Shown here: piece after piece, positions 7,303-16,121 of the stretch | Numbering within the stretch: position 1 is the stretch's first letter | Layout of the letters: each line of letters begins with the position of its first letter | NCBI GenBank assembly: GCA_002786355.1 | Contig: PGCO01000004.1 | Location: 93,297 to 157,296 of the forward strand | DNA from: Sediminibacterium sp. FEMGT703S | GTDB taxonomy: Bacteria; Bacteroidota; Bacteroidia; Chitinophagales; Chitinophagaceae | Length of the DNA: 64,000 nucleotides | Direction of reading: 5' to 3' | Translations under genes and position numbers: made by a program | Notes under the pieces: model-generated | What the model was told of the DNA's origin: nothing | Seen by the model: only the letters and a program-made list of their open reading frames with translations | Database searches by the model: none

Positions 7303-7378
7303 ATCTACCTTACCGCTAATAAGGAATCACAAACGATTATGGAGGATGTGGGGTATTATTGATTAGGTATTAATACCT
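7303..7378 (+). repeat. Third copy of the 3' end of the DnaB-like gene, with the palindrome
   Basis: TTACCGCTAATAAGGAATCACAAACGATTATGGAGGATGTGGGGTATTATTGATTAGGTATTAATACCT matches 5083-5149 and 6045-6117. It encodes ..ESQTIMEDVGYY*. Confidence 0.8.
7365..7378. repeat. Perfect 14-bp palindrome AGGTATTAATACCT (second copy)
   Basis: Identical to 6104-6117. The two copies bracket the YhcG gene. Confidence 0.9.
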
Positions 7379-7421
7379 GAATTTTTGAATTCCTTTTTTT
7401 GCAAATCCTTGTTCACTAACT

Positions 7422-7613
7422 TGTCGGAATTTCCGACATACCACTCAACATGGTGCTATAGAAGGAAAAACACAAGAAAAAGATGTGAAATATTACAATC
7501 TTGATGTAATCATTTCAGTAGGTTATCGTGTAAAATCGCCCCAAGGCACACAGTTCCGTATCCAGGAAATACGTTTATCTGAGCGGTTCTTCTATCAAAA
7601 AAATAGCCCATAA
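7422..7613 (+). pseudogene. RhuM family virulence protein fragment (A)
   Basis: Own translation: CRNFRHTTQHGAIEGKTQEKDVKYYNLDVIISVGYRVKSPQGTQFRI. YYNLDVIISVGYRVKS..GTQFR is the RhuM signature. There is no start codon and no N- or C-terminal parts. Confidence 0.7.
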
Positions 7614-7645
7614 ATTCTTTTGTTGGTGTATGAGGATGGGGTATG

Positions 7646-7708
7646 GATGAAAGTTCAACTGTTCGGAATTTCCGAACAATTGCCGATGATAGAAAACTAC
7701 GGTTCTAA
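7646..7708 (+). pseudogene. RhuM family fragment (B), different lineage
   Basis: Own translation: DESSTVRNFRTIADDRKLRF*. It resembles the ..VRKFRTTAADGK.. segment of RhuM proteins. It is preceded by a partial fourth copy of the DnaB-like gene end at 7622-7646. Confidence 0.4.
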
Positions 7709-7845
7709 CAACAGTTTAAATTGTTTAAACAAACAAAAAGTGTTAGAATAGATAGATTTGAATCTGCTTAATATTACTCTGAAAATGAAAAATTAGAACA
7801 ACTTCCGGGTTTGGCACGTTTTTACTTCCAAGTTTGGTATTTTTT

Positions 7846-7862
7846 CTTGTCAACTTGTCAAG
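7846..7862 (+). promoter_or_regulatory. Tandem direct repeat CTTGTCAA x2, candidate operator of the phd/vapC promoter
   Basis: CTTGTCAACTTGTCAAG lies 30 bp upstream of the antitoxin ATG. Type II antitoxins commonly autoregulate through repeats in their own promoter. Confidence 0.35.
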
Positions 7863-7891
7863 AAAATCCTAACTTTAACAAAAGCAGTATT

Positions 7892-8128
7892 ATGGAAACA
7901 CTAACTGTAGGGGATTTTAAAGCAAACTTCTCTGAAGTCCTAAAGAAAGTGCAGAATGGGGAAGAAATTGCTATTTCCTTTGGTAAAAAAAAGGAAATAG
8001 TTGCCAGACTTGTACCAGGCTCTGGTCAAAAAAAAGAAAAAAGGAAAATCGGCATTTTTGAAGGGAAAGGTAAAGTTGTCTTCAAGAATAACTTTTTAAT
8101 TACTGAAGAAGAATTGCTTGGCGCATGA
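7892..8128 (+). CDS. Type II antitoxin, Phd/YefM family
   Basis: METLTVGDFKANFSEVLKKVQNGEEIAISFGKKKEIVARLVP is a typical Phd/YefM N-terminus. Its stop overlaps the PIN toxin start (ATGA). I take the start at ATG 7892 rather than the TTG at 7811. Confidence 0.8.
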   Translation: METLTVGDFKANFSEVLKKVQNGEEIAISFGKKKEIVARLVPGSGQKKEKRKIGIFEGKGKVVFKNNFLITEEELLGA

Positions 8129-8532
8129 GTAACTATCTCTTAGACACTCATTACCTACTTTGGACTTTGGTAGATACCAAGAAGCTCTCTAAAAAAATTA
8201 AAGATATAATTGTTGATCCCGACAATACTATTATAGTTAGTTCAATAAGTTTTTGGGAAATTTCTTTAAAGTATTCATTAAGAAAATTAACGATTACTGG
8301 CTTTACTCCCGAGGAGTTACCACAAGCTTGCGCTGAAATGGGCTTTCTAATTGAACCCCTTTCCCCTATTGATAGTAGCAGCTATCATCAATTGTATCCT
8401 GCATATCATAAAGATCCTTTTGATAAAATGCTTATCTGGCAAGCTATGTCTAACCAATACACACTTATCAGCAACGACGAAACTGTAGCGAAATATAAGT
8501 CACTAGGTTTAAGGATAATTACCAGCAAGTAA
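8125..8532 (+). CDS. vapC: Type II toxin, VapC family PIN-domain ribonuclease
   Basis: The PIN acidic residues are in the usual context: YLLDTHYLLW, SSISFWEI, HKDPFDKMLIWQA and LISNDE. Confidence 0.85.
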   Translation: MSNYLLDTHYLLWTLVDTKKLSKKIKDIIVDPDNTIIVSSISFWEISLKYSLRKLTITGFTPEELPQACAEMGFLIEPLSPIDSSSYHQLYPAYHKDPFDKMLIWQAMSNQYTLISNDETVAKYKSLGLRIITSK

Positions 8533-8588
8533 GTTTCTGAAATTTTCACTAACTTATTCTCCTATATTTCTCATTTAATTGCATTCTC

Positions 8589-10475
8589 ATGAAAAAACTT
8601 TTCCTTGCCATTGGCCTGTTTGCATGCACGGCCGGCGCAACTAATTTAAAAGCACAAGACACGGCGGCTATTTATCGCAAGCTCGATTCTATTGCCGTGA
8701 TTGATCAAAAAGTAATGATGCCCATGCGCGATGGTATTCGCCTGGCTACCGACATCTATCGCCCAAAGGGCAATGGAAAATATCCAATTGTATTTTCTCG
8801 TACCCCGTATAATTTCAATACTTGGGTGGATGGAAAAATGACTACTCGCACATTGGAAGATGCGTATCAAGCAGTGAGTCGCGGTTATGCCTATGTAGTG
8901 CAGAACGAAAGAGGAAGATTTTTCTCTGAAGGTGAATGGGATATTTTAGGTACGCCCATCACCGATGGTTACGATGCCTTAGAGTGGATGAGTAAACAAG
9001 CTTGGAGCAATGGTAAAGTGGGTTTGATTGGCTGCTCTTCTACTGCCGAATGGCAGATGGCGGTGGCTTCTCAGAACCATCCTGCTTTAGCCGCAATGGT
9101 TGCGCAGGGCTTTGGTGCGGGTGTGGGTCGTGTGGGTCAATTCATGGAACAGGGTAACTGGTACCGTGGTGGTGCGCAACAAATGTTGTTCACGTCTTGG
9201 TTGTATAGTACGCAACATGATAAGCTTGCGCCGAAATTACCAATCGGTATTCAGCAAAAAGATTTACAGCGTTTGCAAAAGTTTTATGATATGGGTCCTG
9301 AATATCCAAGAGTAGATTGGGCGCAGGGATTAAGAACGCTACCGATTATAGACATCATCAAAAAAGCACAAGGTCCTGATGGTATTTATGAACAAATGGC
9401 GGCTCGCAAACCCAATGATCCAGCATGGTTCAAGGGTGGTCTTTATCACGATAATATGCCTATGGAAGTGCCTGCTTATTGGTTCGTAAGCTGGTACGAT
9501 GTTTCTTCTGCGCCAAATATTGCTTTGTTCAATCATGTGCGCAATGCAGCTAAAAATAAATCTGTTGCCGATAATCAATACCTAGTGATTGCCCCTGTGT
9601 TGCATTGCTCTTATAAGCGTGCTACCGAAAATACCATCGTGGGTGAGCGTAGTGTAGGTGATGCTCGTTTGAATTATGATGAACTTACTTGGGGTTGGTT
9701 TGATATGTTGTTGAAAGGTCAACAAAATGATTTTAAATCGGCTCAACCTCGTGTTCGTTATTATACAATGGGTTCAAACAAATGGCAACAGGCCGAGAGC
9801 TTCCCTTTACCGAATACCGAAATGAAGCCTTTCTATTTATCTAGTGCGGGCAAAGCCAATACCCGCAATGGCGATGGGGCTTTAACCATGATGCCTCCTG
9901 CAAAAGATATTCCTGATGCTTTCACTTACGATCCTATGAATCCGGTTACTTCTTACGGTGGTAATGTTTGCTGTACTGGAAACGCCGTGCAAGGCGGCAG
10001 CTTTGATCAATCCCAAATGGAATTGCGCAATGATATCTTAGTGTACACTTCAGATGAATTAAAAGATGGGGTGGAAGTGACCGGGTTCATTGAGTCTACC
10101 CTCTATGTTTCTTCTACTGGCTTAGATACCGATGTAACAATTAAATTGATTGATGTTCACCCTGATGGCAAAGCTTACAATTTAGATGAAACCATTCAAC
10201 GCTTGCGTTACAGAGAGGGATACGATAAAGAAGTGTTCATGGAAAAAGGCAAAGTGTACAAAGTCAATTTAACCCCAATGGTGACCAGTAACTATTTTGC
10301 ACCTGGTCATAAAATTCGCATTGAAGTTTCTAGTAGTAACTTCCCTCGTTTCGATCGTAACTTAAATACAGGTGGTAACAACTATGATGAAGCTACTGGT
10401 GTGGTGGTAGAAAATAAAATTCACCACTCTAAGCAGTATCCTTCTGTAATTAAATTACCCATCATTAAAAAGTAA
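8589..10475 (+). CDS. CocE/NonD family hydrolase (X-Pro dipeptidyl-peptidase S15-like), secreted
   Basis: Has a signal peptide. Motifs seen: [27 protein letters not shown] (nucleophile elbow) and the C-terminal [15 protein letters not shown]. Confidence 0.9.
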   Translation: MKKLFLAIGLFACTAGATNLKAQDTAAIYRKLDSIAVIDQKVMMPMRDGIRLATDIYRPKGNGKYPIVFSRTPYNFNTWVDGKMTTRTLEDAYQAVSRGYAYVVQNERGRFFSEGEWDILGTPITDGYDALEWMSKQAWSNGKVGLIGCSSTAEWQMAVASQNHPALAAMVAQGFGAGVGRVGQFMEQGNWYRGGAQQMLFTSWLYSTQHDKLAPKLPIGIQQKDLQRLQKFYDMGPEYPRVDWAQGLRTLPIIDIIKKAQGPDGIYEQMAARKPNDPAWFKGGLYHDNMPMEVPAYWFVSWYDVSSAPNIALFNHVRNAAKNKSVADNQYLVIAPVLHCSYKRATENTIVGERSVGDARLNYDELTWGWFDMLLKGQQNDFKSAQPRVRYYTMGSNKWQQAESFPLPNTEMKPFYLSSAGKANTRNGDGALTMMPPAKDIPDAFTYDPMNPVTSYGGNVCCTGNAVQGGSFDQSQMELRNDILVYTSDELKDGVEVTGFIESTLYVSSTGLDTDVTIKLIDVHPDGKAYNLDETIQRLRYREGYDKEVFMEKGKVYKVNLTPMVTSNYFAPGHKIRIEVSSSNFPRFDRNLNTGGNNYDEATGVVVENKIHHSKQYPSVIKLPIIKK

Positions 10476-10476
10476 A

Positions 10477-10989
10477 TTATTTCAACGCGGAAGCAGGTAA
10501 GGTAAAGCCCATGCTTTCTGCACACCAATATACATTTACAATATAAAAACGGTCCTGGTCCTTAAACAGTTGAATACTATTAATTCCTCTGTTGGTACTT
10601 GGACCGTTTTCTGTTTCTCTTGTTTCATAAGTGCTGAATGCATGATACACTGTTCCAAATGAAACGGTTTCGCGTTTTAATTCTTTTTCGAAGAACCCTG
10701 TTTTGATGCGCGAACTAAACATGGTGATGTATTCATCTGGGGTCATTGTTCTATAGAGAAAATTTCCTCCTTCTATTTTACCTGTCGGAATTAATTTGGC
10801 ATCTTTTCCAAACAAATATTTAAATCTTTCCCAATCCCGTGGCTCGCCCGGTGCACCGCATATCACGTTGTACAAAGCAGCAATAATATTGTCTACACTG
10901 CTTACGTCTTTAGCGTATTTCTCATTCGATTGCGCTTGTACTAAACTTGTACCTAAACCCATTAGTAAAATCAATAAAAAGCGTTTCAT
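10477..10989 (-). CDS. Secreted hypothetical protein (NTF2/SnoaL-like guess)
   Basis: Signal peptide MKRFLLILLMGLGTSLVQAQ. It is about 170 aa with no clear motif. The fold guess is weak. Confidence 0.55.
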   Translation of the reverse strand: MKRFLLILLMGLGTSLVQAQSNEKYAKDVSSVDNIIAALYNVICGAPGEPRDWERFKYLFGKDAKLIPTGKIEGGNFLYRTMTPDEYITMFSSRIKTGFFEKELKRETVSFGTVYHAFSTYETRETENGPSTNRGINSIQLFKDQDRFYIVNVYWCAESMGFTLPASALK

Positions 10990-11012
10990 ATGATTGTTTG
11001 TTGATGGTTTAA

Positions 11013-11375
11013 TTAATCTAATAATGTTTTGATTTGTTTGGTCAGCTCTCGGGTACTAAAGGGTTTGGTAATATATAAAGACGCGCCCAATGCCAATCCT
11101 TTTTTAATATCTGCTTCGCTCGATTTTGCACTTAAGAAAACCACTTTGGTTTCGTTTAGTGCAGGGGTTGATTTAATATGTTTACAGATTTCGTATCCAT
11201 CTACATCGGGCATCATTATATCAAGAATTACTAAGGCGGGTAATTCTTTCAATAGTTCCATCGCTTCTTGCCCATTGCGTGCTACCATTACCCCATAGCC
11301 GCTTTTTTTCATTAGAAATTCCAATGACATTAAAATATATGGGTCATCATCTACCACCAATACTTTCTTGCTCAT
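11013..11375 (-). CDS. Single-domain response regulator (receiver only)
   Basis: MSKKVLVVDDD...ILDIMMPDVDGYE...SAKS...ITKPF shows the complete receiver signature with no output domain. Its start overlaps the kinase gene end by 29 nt. Confidence 0.9.
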   Translation of the reverse strand: MSKKVLVVDDDPYILMSLEFLMKKSGYGVMVARNGQEAMELLKELPALVILDIMMPDVDGYEICKHIKSTPALNETKVVFLSAKSSEADIKKGLALGASLYITKPFSTRELTKQIKTLLD

Positions 11376-14052
11376 ATGGCAAAGTAAATACAAATTGAGC
11401 ACCTTTTGTAAACCCTTTGTTCACCCATATTTTGCCCCCATGTAATTCAATAATCTTTTTTGAAATGGCCAATCCCAATCCAGTGCCTTCTGGCTTTTTA
11501 AGGGTCTGGTTTTTGGCCTGAAAAAATTTATCAAAGATCAGCTCTTCCATGCCTGCATCTATGCCCTTGCCATCGTCGGTAATTTCAATCGTATAATCCT
11601 TTTCACCCTTCGAAATACTGATTTGAATAGTGCTTGAAGCAAACTTGATGGCATTGCCCAATAAATTTATGAATACCTGTTGTATTAAGTCGGCATCGGC
11701 CTGTATCATGGTGGGCCGCTGTGCCAATTGAATGGTTAAGCTTAACTGTTTAGCTTGTATGATTCCACTTAATGTGGCTGCCATATCATCCAACAATTTC
11801 CCTGCATTAATATCGGTAATGGTTAATTTTCTTCGGCCTGCTTCAAAATTTTCGAGGTTCAATACCTGGGTAATTAAATTACTCAATCGTACTGTTTCTT
11901 TAATGATGGCTTCTAAATACTGTTGTTGTTGCTCGGCTTCTAAATCGGGGTTGTCGAATAATATTTCGCTCAATGCCCTGATAGAAGTAAGCGGAGTGCG
12001 CAGTTCATGTGTTACCGTGTACAAGAATTCATTCTTCTGTTCGTCTATACTCAACAACTGCGTATTCATATTTTGCAATTGCTGCGTTGCTTTGGATAGC
12101 TCCAACGATTTTTTTCGGAGCTCTTTATTCATCTCTACCATTTGCTGGTTCTCATTCAAAATAGTTAAGACTTCTTCTATACTGATCTCTTCTTCTTTTG
12201 CTACAGTTTGTAACAATATTCTTGCAGATGCAACACCTACCACTCCTCCTAATATTCTTTCGGTGAATCCGATAATGCGCGGGTCGGCTACTAATTTTTC
12301 TTGCAAATTTATTTTATGCCTTTTGGTATAAGCGGATAATAAGGTTTCTGCTCTTTCCGCTCCCACAAAGCTTTTCAGCAGGTTGCGGATATCTTGCATT
12401 TGTGCGGTTCCCTTCCATACCAATCCGTTTTCTTGTATGGCTCCATGCTTATTGATATTGGTAAATATCTCTGCTTGGTATTGTTCCTGTGCTCCTTGTT
12501 GCGTGTATACCGATATAAAAACATATGCGGAAATATTCAGCAATAAACTCCAAAATACGGAGTGACTGATAGAATCAAATTCTTTTAATCCAAATAAATG
12601 TTGCGGGTGCAACCATTCAATTCCAAACAATCCATTTGCTAAAATGGATGCGGGTAAAAATCCATTGTTCACCATGCCGGGTAATACCAAGGTATAAAAC
12701 CAGATGATGAATCCTAAAATGATGCCTATGATAGCGCCTTGTTTATTGCCTTCTTTCCAATAAATGCCTCCAAACAAAGCAGGTGCAAATTGTGCTACTG
12801 CACAAAAGGAAATCAATCCTATAGATACCAAACTTTCTCCTTTTCCTAAGTTTAAATAATAGAGCAAGGCTAATAGCAATACCGCGCCAATACTGAGTCT
12901 TCGTATGTTTAGGATATTGCTTTGCAACGATACTTGTTTCCAGTTTTGGTTTTGTTGTGTGCGCAATAACAAGGGTATTACCAAATGATTGCTGATCATA
13001 ATGCTCAGTGCAATCGTTTCTATAATGATCATTCCTGTTGCTGCTGATAAGCCTCCGATCCAAGTGGTCATGGCCAACCAGCCTTGGTTTTGCATCATCG
13101 GTATAGAGAGTACATAATAATCTGCATTGACCGTATTGCCTTGCAGCAATAATCCGCCCATGGCGATGGGTAATACAAAAATATTAATGAGGATTAAGTA
13201 TAAGGGGAATAACCAGGTCGCCATTTTTAAATGTTGCTCCTGTACATTTTCTACGATGCTTACTTGAAATTGCCTGGGCAAAAAAACAATCGCTAACATG
13301 CCTAATACGGTCATGCTCATCCAACCTGAATAACCACTGCTTTCTTTTAAGGTCAATAATTTATTGTTTGCTGTTGCTGCTGTTTGCGAAAAAATATCGC
13401 CCATTCCATCAAATAAAAAATACGTGATATACACACCCACCATTAAAAAAGCCAAGAGTTTTACCAAGGATTCAAATGCCATGACGGTCATGAGTCCTGG
13501 ATGTTTTTCTGCGGCGTCTACACTTCTTGCTCCATACAATACCGTAAACACAAATAAGATGATGGTAGAAAATATGGCTATATAAACAGTAGATAAACTG
13601 GTGGGACTATCTTGCTGCAATACGGCTATGCTACTGGTAATCGCTTTAATTTGTAATGCGATATAGGGTATTACACCAAACACACAAAACAGGGTTACCA
13701 CCATTCCGATGGAGAAGTTTTTTCCATAACGCGTACTGATGAAATCGGCTATGGACGTGATTCTTAGGCTTTTGCTGATGGTTAATATTTTTCGTAAGAC
13801 GGGCCAAAATAATACCGCCATAATGGTGGGTCCTAAGTAGATCGTGATGAAATCGATTCCCGAACTGGCAGCTCTTCCTACACTTCCATAATAGGTCCAT
13901 GCGGTGCAATAAACCCCCATGCTTAATGCATAGATAAACGGATGGTTGACTAAATTTCTGCTGGTATTAATGGTCTTTTGTGCATATGATGCGATCGCAA
14001 ATAACAATACCAAATAGCCTAACCCGCAAATGATGATTAAGGTAGTGCTCAT
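11347..14052 (-). CDS. Sodium:solute symporter (SSF) domain-fused sensor histidine kinase (CrbS/CbrA-like architecture)
   Basis: About 520 aa of polytopic SSF-like membrane domain, followed by a coiled coil. H-box THELRTPL, N-box NLLGNAIKF, then TDDGKGI and GTGLGL. Confidence 0.9.
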   Translation of the reverse strand: MSTTLIIICGLGYLVLLFAIASYAQKTINTSRNLVNHPFIYALSMGVYCTAWTYYGSVGRAASSGIDFITIYLGPTIMAVLFWPVLRKILTISKSLRITSIADFISTRYGKNFSIGMVVTLFCVFGVIPYIALQIKAITSSIAVLQQDSPTSLSTVYIAIFSTIILFVFTVLYGARSVDAAEKHPGLMTVMAFESLVKLLAFLMVGVYITYFLFDGMGDIFSQTAATANNKLLTLKESSGYSGWMSMTVLGMLAIVFLPRQFQVSIVENVQEQHLKMATWLFPLYLILINIFVLPIAMGGLLLQGNTVNADYYVLSIPMMQNQGWLAMTTWIGGLSAATGMIIIETIALSIMISNHLVIPLLLRTQQNQNWKQVSLQSNILNIRRLSIGAVLLLALLYYLNLGKGESLVSIGLISFCAVAQFAPALFGGIYWKEGNKQGAIIGIILGFIIWFYTLVLPGMVNNGFLPASILANGLFGIEWLHPQHLFGLKEFDSISHSVFWSLLLNISAYVFISVYTQQGAQEQYQAEIFTNINKHGAIQENGLVWKGTAQMQDIRNLLKSFVGAERAETLLSAYTKRHKINLQEKLVADPRIIGFTERILGGVVGVASARILLQTVAKEEEISIEEVLTILNENQQMVEMNKELRKKSLELSKATQQLQNMNTQLLSIDEQKNEFLYTVTHELRTPLTSIRALSEILFDNPDLEAEQQQQYLEAIIKETVRLSNLITQVLNLENFEAGRRKLTITDINAGKLLDDMAATLSGIIQAKQLSLTIQLAQRPTMIQADADLIQQVFINLLGNAIKFASSTIQISISKGEKDYTIEITDDGKGIDAGMEELIFDKFFQAKNQTLKKPEGTGLGLAISKKIIELHGGKIWVNKGFTKGAQFVFTLPYEQESIGGR

Positions 14053-14258
14053 GATATGTATTTACGATGTACGGTTATTGCGGCTAATAATACGATGCTT
14101 CCCCACCATATAAATACATACCAATACAATAAGGGGATGCCAGCAATCAATATGGGTTTGTTGGCTATGGAGAGCAATGGAAAATTCAGCACTACCATCA
14201 TCAAGATGGCAATCATTAATAATTTAATGGGCTGTTTTTTTTGTTGAGCAGCTATCAT
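14049..14258 (-). CDS. Small two-TM membrane protein translationally coupled to the SSF-kinase
   Basis: Has two hydrophobic segments. Its stop overlaps the kinase ATG (ATGA). It sits where the small subunits of SSF transporters (DUF485/DUF4212 type) usually lie, but the family is not established. Confidence 0.5.
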   Translation of the reverse strand: MIAAQQKKQPIKLLMIAILMMVVLNFPLLSIANKPILIAGIPLLYWYVFIWWGSIVLLAAITVHRKYIS

Positions 14259-14345
14259 GCTATGAATATAAAAAAATCCCCTCATTAAAAATGAAGGGAT
14301 CCGTGTTACTAACAGCTACACTTGGGGGTATATGCTTATTCTTAA

Positions 14346-14600
14346 TTATTCTTTAAAGTGTGCGTGCTCCGGATTGTCGTCTATTAGATCGTATTCTCCT
14401 TGCAACGCATATTTTCCAAATACCAATAGTCCACCTACCACTATCGGTAATAAAATGAAACAGATAATAATACCAAATACCAAGTCATCTTGTTTACCGC
14501 TGGTTAGTTTAGGAATTCCTAAAATGGTTAATCCATAATATCCTACGGCTATACCCATTGCCAACCAAACGATGCCGAGTACTTTCTTAATTATATTCAT
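14346..14600 (-). CDS. Small membrane protein, hypothetical
   Basis: 84 aa with two clear hydrophobic helices. It lies between the MFS and kinase genes on the same strand. Confidence 0.5.
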   Translation of the reverse strand: MNIIKKVLGIVWLAMGIAVGYYGLTILGIPKLTSGKQDDLVFGIIICFILLPIVVGGLLVFGKYALQGEYDLIDDNPEHAHFKE

Positions 14601-14622
14601 AACAGTATTTTTTTAAAATGGT

Positions 14623-16098
14623 TTAATCGTTTATTTCTTTGTCTTTTCCGTTAATGTAAATGACCCCAATCACCAAGCAGACTGCTGCTACACCTATTGG
14701 ATACCAAAGCCCTTCTAAGTACCAATCCGCTTTACCAGAGGTTTTTGCATTGGTGGCGAGGTAAGTGGCTACCGCCGGTAACAATCCCCCAAATACCCCA
14801 TTACCAATATGGTAAGGTAAGCTCATTGAAGTATACCTGATTTTTGTTGGGAACATTTCTACCAAGAATGCTGCTATTGGTCCATACACCATGGTTACAA
14901 ATAATACTTGAATAAATACCAGTATGATCAATTTTTGTTTGTCGCTGCTATTGATACTTAGTTTAATGGTAGTGGTAATTGCACCGCTTTCTGGATTGGT
15001 TTTTTGTATTTCTTTTCTTACGGTACTATCTGAATAAACAGTGGTAACTGTGTTTACATTATTCACCATATTGTTGCTGGTACTTACTTCTACCTTATTG
15101 GCTACATTGGTGGTTTGATACATTTTTTCGTAGATAGGTCTGTACGATACAATGGCAATTAACATACCTGCCATCATAATCCATTTGCGGCCTATTTTAT
15201 CGCTAAGCCATCCGAATACCAAGAAGAATGGGGTGCCCAACATTAATGCAATGAACATTAAACTATCTACTTGCTCTTTGTCTACACTCATGGTTTTTTC
15301 TATAAAACTCATTGCGTAGAATTGGCCGGTATACCAGATAACGCCTTGTCCCATAACCGCGCCAAATAATGCAAGTAATACAAATTTGAAATTCAGTTTT
15401 TTCCCAAAGCTTTCTTTTAATGGATTGGTAGATGTTTTTCCAGATGCTTTTGCTTTTGCAAACACTGGAGACTCTTCCATATTTTTTCTAATTAAATAAG
15501 AAACCAATACCATTAAAATAGATACCCAAAATGGTACCCTCCATCCCCATGCATCAAAATCTTCTGCAGATAATGCTGCCCTGGTTCCCATGATTACGAG
15601 TAAGGAAACAAATAATCCTACTGTTGCCGTGGTTTGAATCCATGCGGTCATGAATCCTCTTTGTCCATTGGGTGAATGCTCTGCTACATAAGTGGCTGCT
15701 CCTCCATACTCTCCGCCCAAAGCCAAGCCCTGTAAGAGTCTTAGCAAGAGTATGAGTACCGGTGCCATAAAGCCAATGGTTTCATAAGAAGGAATACAGC
15801 CAATTAAAAATGTGGCTCCTCCCATTAATAAAAGGGTTACCATGAACGTGTATTTACGTCCAATTAAGTCGCCCAGTCTTCCAAAAAATAATGCCCCAAA
15901 TGGTCTTACCACAAAGCCTGCGGCAAATGTGGCCAATGTACTTAAGAATGCCGCTGTGGGATTGTCTTGCGGAAAAAATTTAGTTGAAATAACGGTGGCC
16001 AAACTTCCGAAAATATAGAAGTCGTACCATTCTATCATGGTGCCTACAGAGGATGCGCCAATGACGCTGGTGAGTGAGGTTTTTTTAGTGGTGTTCAT
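14623..16098 (-). CDS. MFS transporter, metabolite:H+ symporter (MHS) type
   Basis: WYDFYIFG, RPFGALFFGRLGDLIGRK and 12-TM-like hydropathy. Contains a ~70-aa polar insertion. Confidence 0.9.
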   Translation of the reverse strand: MNTTKKTSLTSVIGASSVGTMIEWYDFYIFGSLATVISTKFFPQDNPTAAFLSTLATFAAGFVVRPFGALFFGRLGDLIGRKYTFMVTLLLMGGATFLIGCIPSYETIGFMAPVLILLLRLLQGLALGGEYGGAATYVAEHSPNGQRGFMTAWIQTTATVGLFVSLLVIMGTRAALSAEDFDAWGWRVPFWVSILMVLVSYLIRKNMEESPVFAKAKASGKTSTNPLKESFGKKLNFKFVLLALFGAVMGQGVIWYTGQFYAMSFIEKTMSVDKEQVDSLMFIALMLGTPFFLVFGWLSDKIGRKWIMMAGMLIAIVSYRPIYEKMYQTTNVANKVEVSTSNNMVNNVNTVTTVYSDSTVRKEIQKTNPESGAITTTIKLSINSSDKQKLIILVFIQVLFVTMVYGPIAAFLVEMFPTKIRYTSMSLPYHIGNGVFGGLLPAVATYLATNAKTSGKADWYLEGLWYPIGVAAVCLVIGVIYINGKDKEIND

Positions 16099-16121
16099 AT
16101 TATTTGTTTAGCAGGTGAGCA

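Noticed and set aside
7423-7677. Near-identical hairpins GTCGGAATTTCCGAC (7423-7437) and GTTCGGAATTTCCGAAC (7661-7677), which first looked like inverted-repeat ends of a small mobile element.
   Set aside because: Both fall in frame in RhuM-like coding fragments, where CGG AAT TTC CGA encodes the conserved R-N-F-R. The palindrome is a by-product of the codons, and the repeat reflects two RhuM fragments.
7714-7730. The AT-only hairpin GTTTAAA-TTG-TTTAAAC between RhuM fragment B and the TA pair.
   Set aside because: It is a seven A/T-rich base pairs with a 3-nt loop, so it is thermodynamically weak and expected by chance in this composition.
11732-12331. The 199-aa plus-strand ORF, and many other 60-165-aa ORFs antisense to long genes (for example 24456..24953, 29251..29565, 47419..47793, 53789..54193).
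   Set aside because: All lie inside well-supported genes on the opposite strand and show no recognisable motifs. They are typical shadow ORFs of an AT-rich genome.
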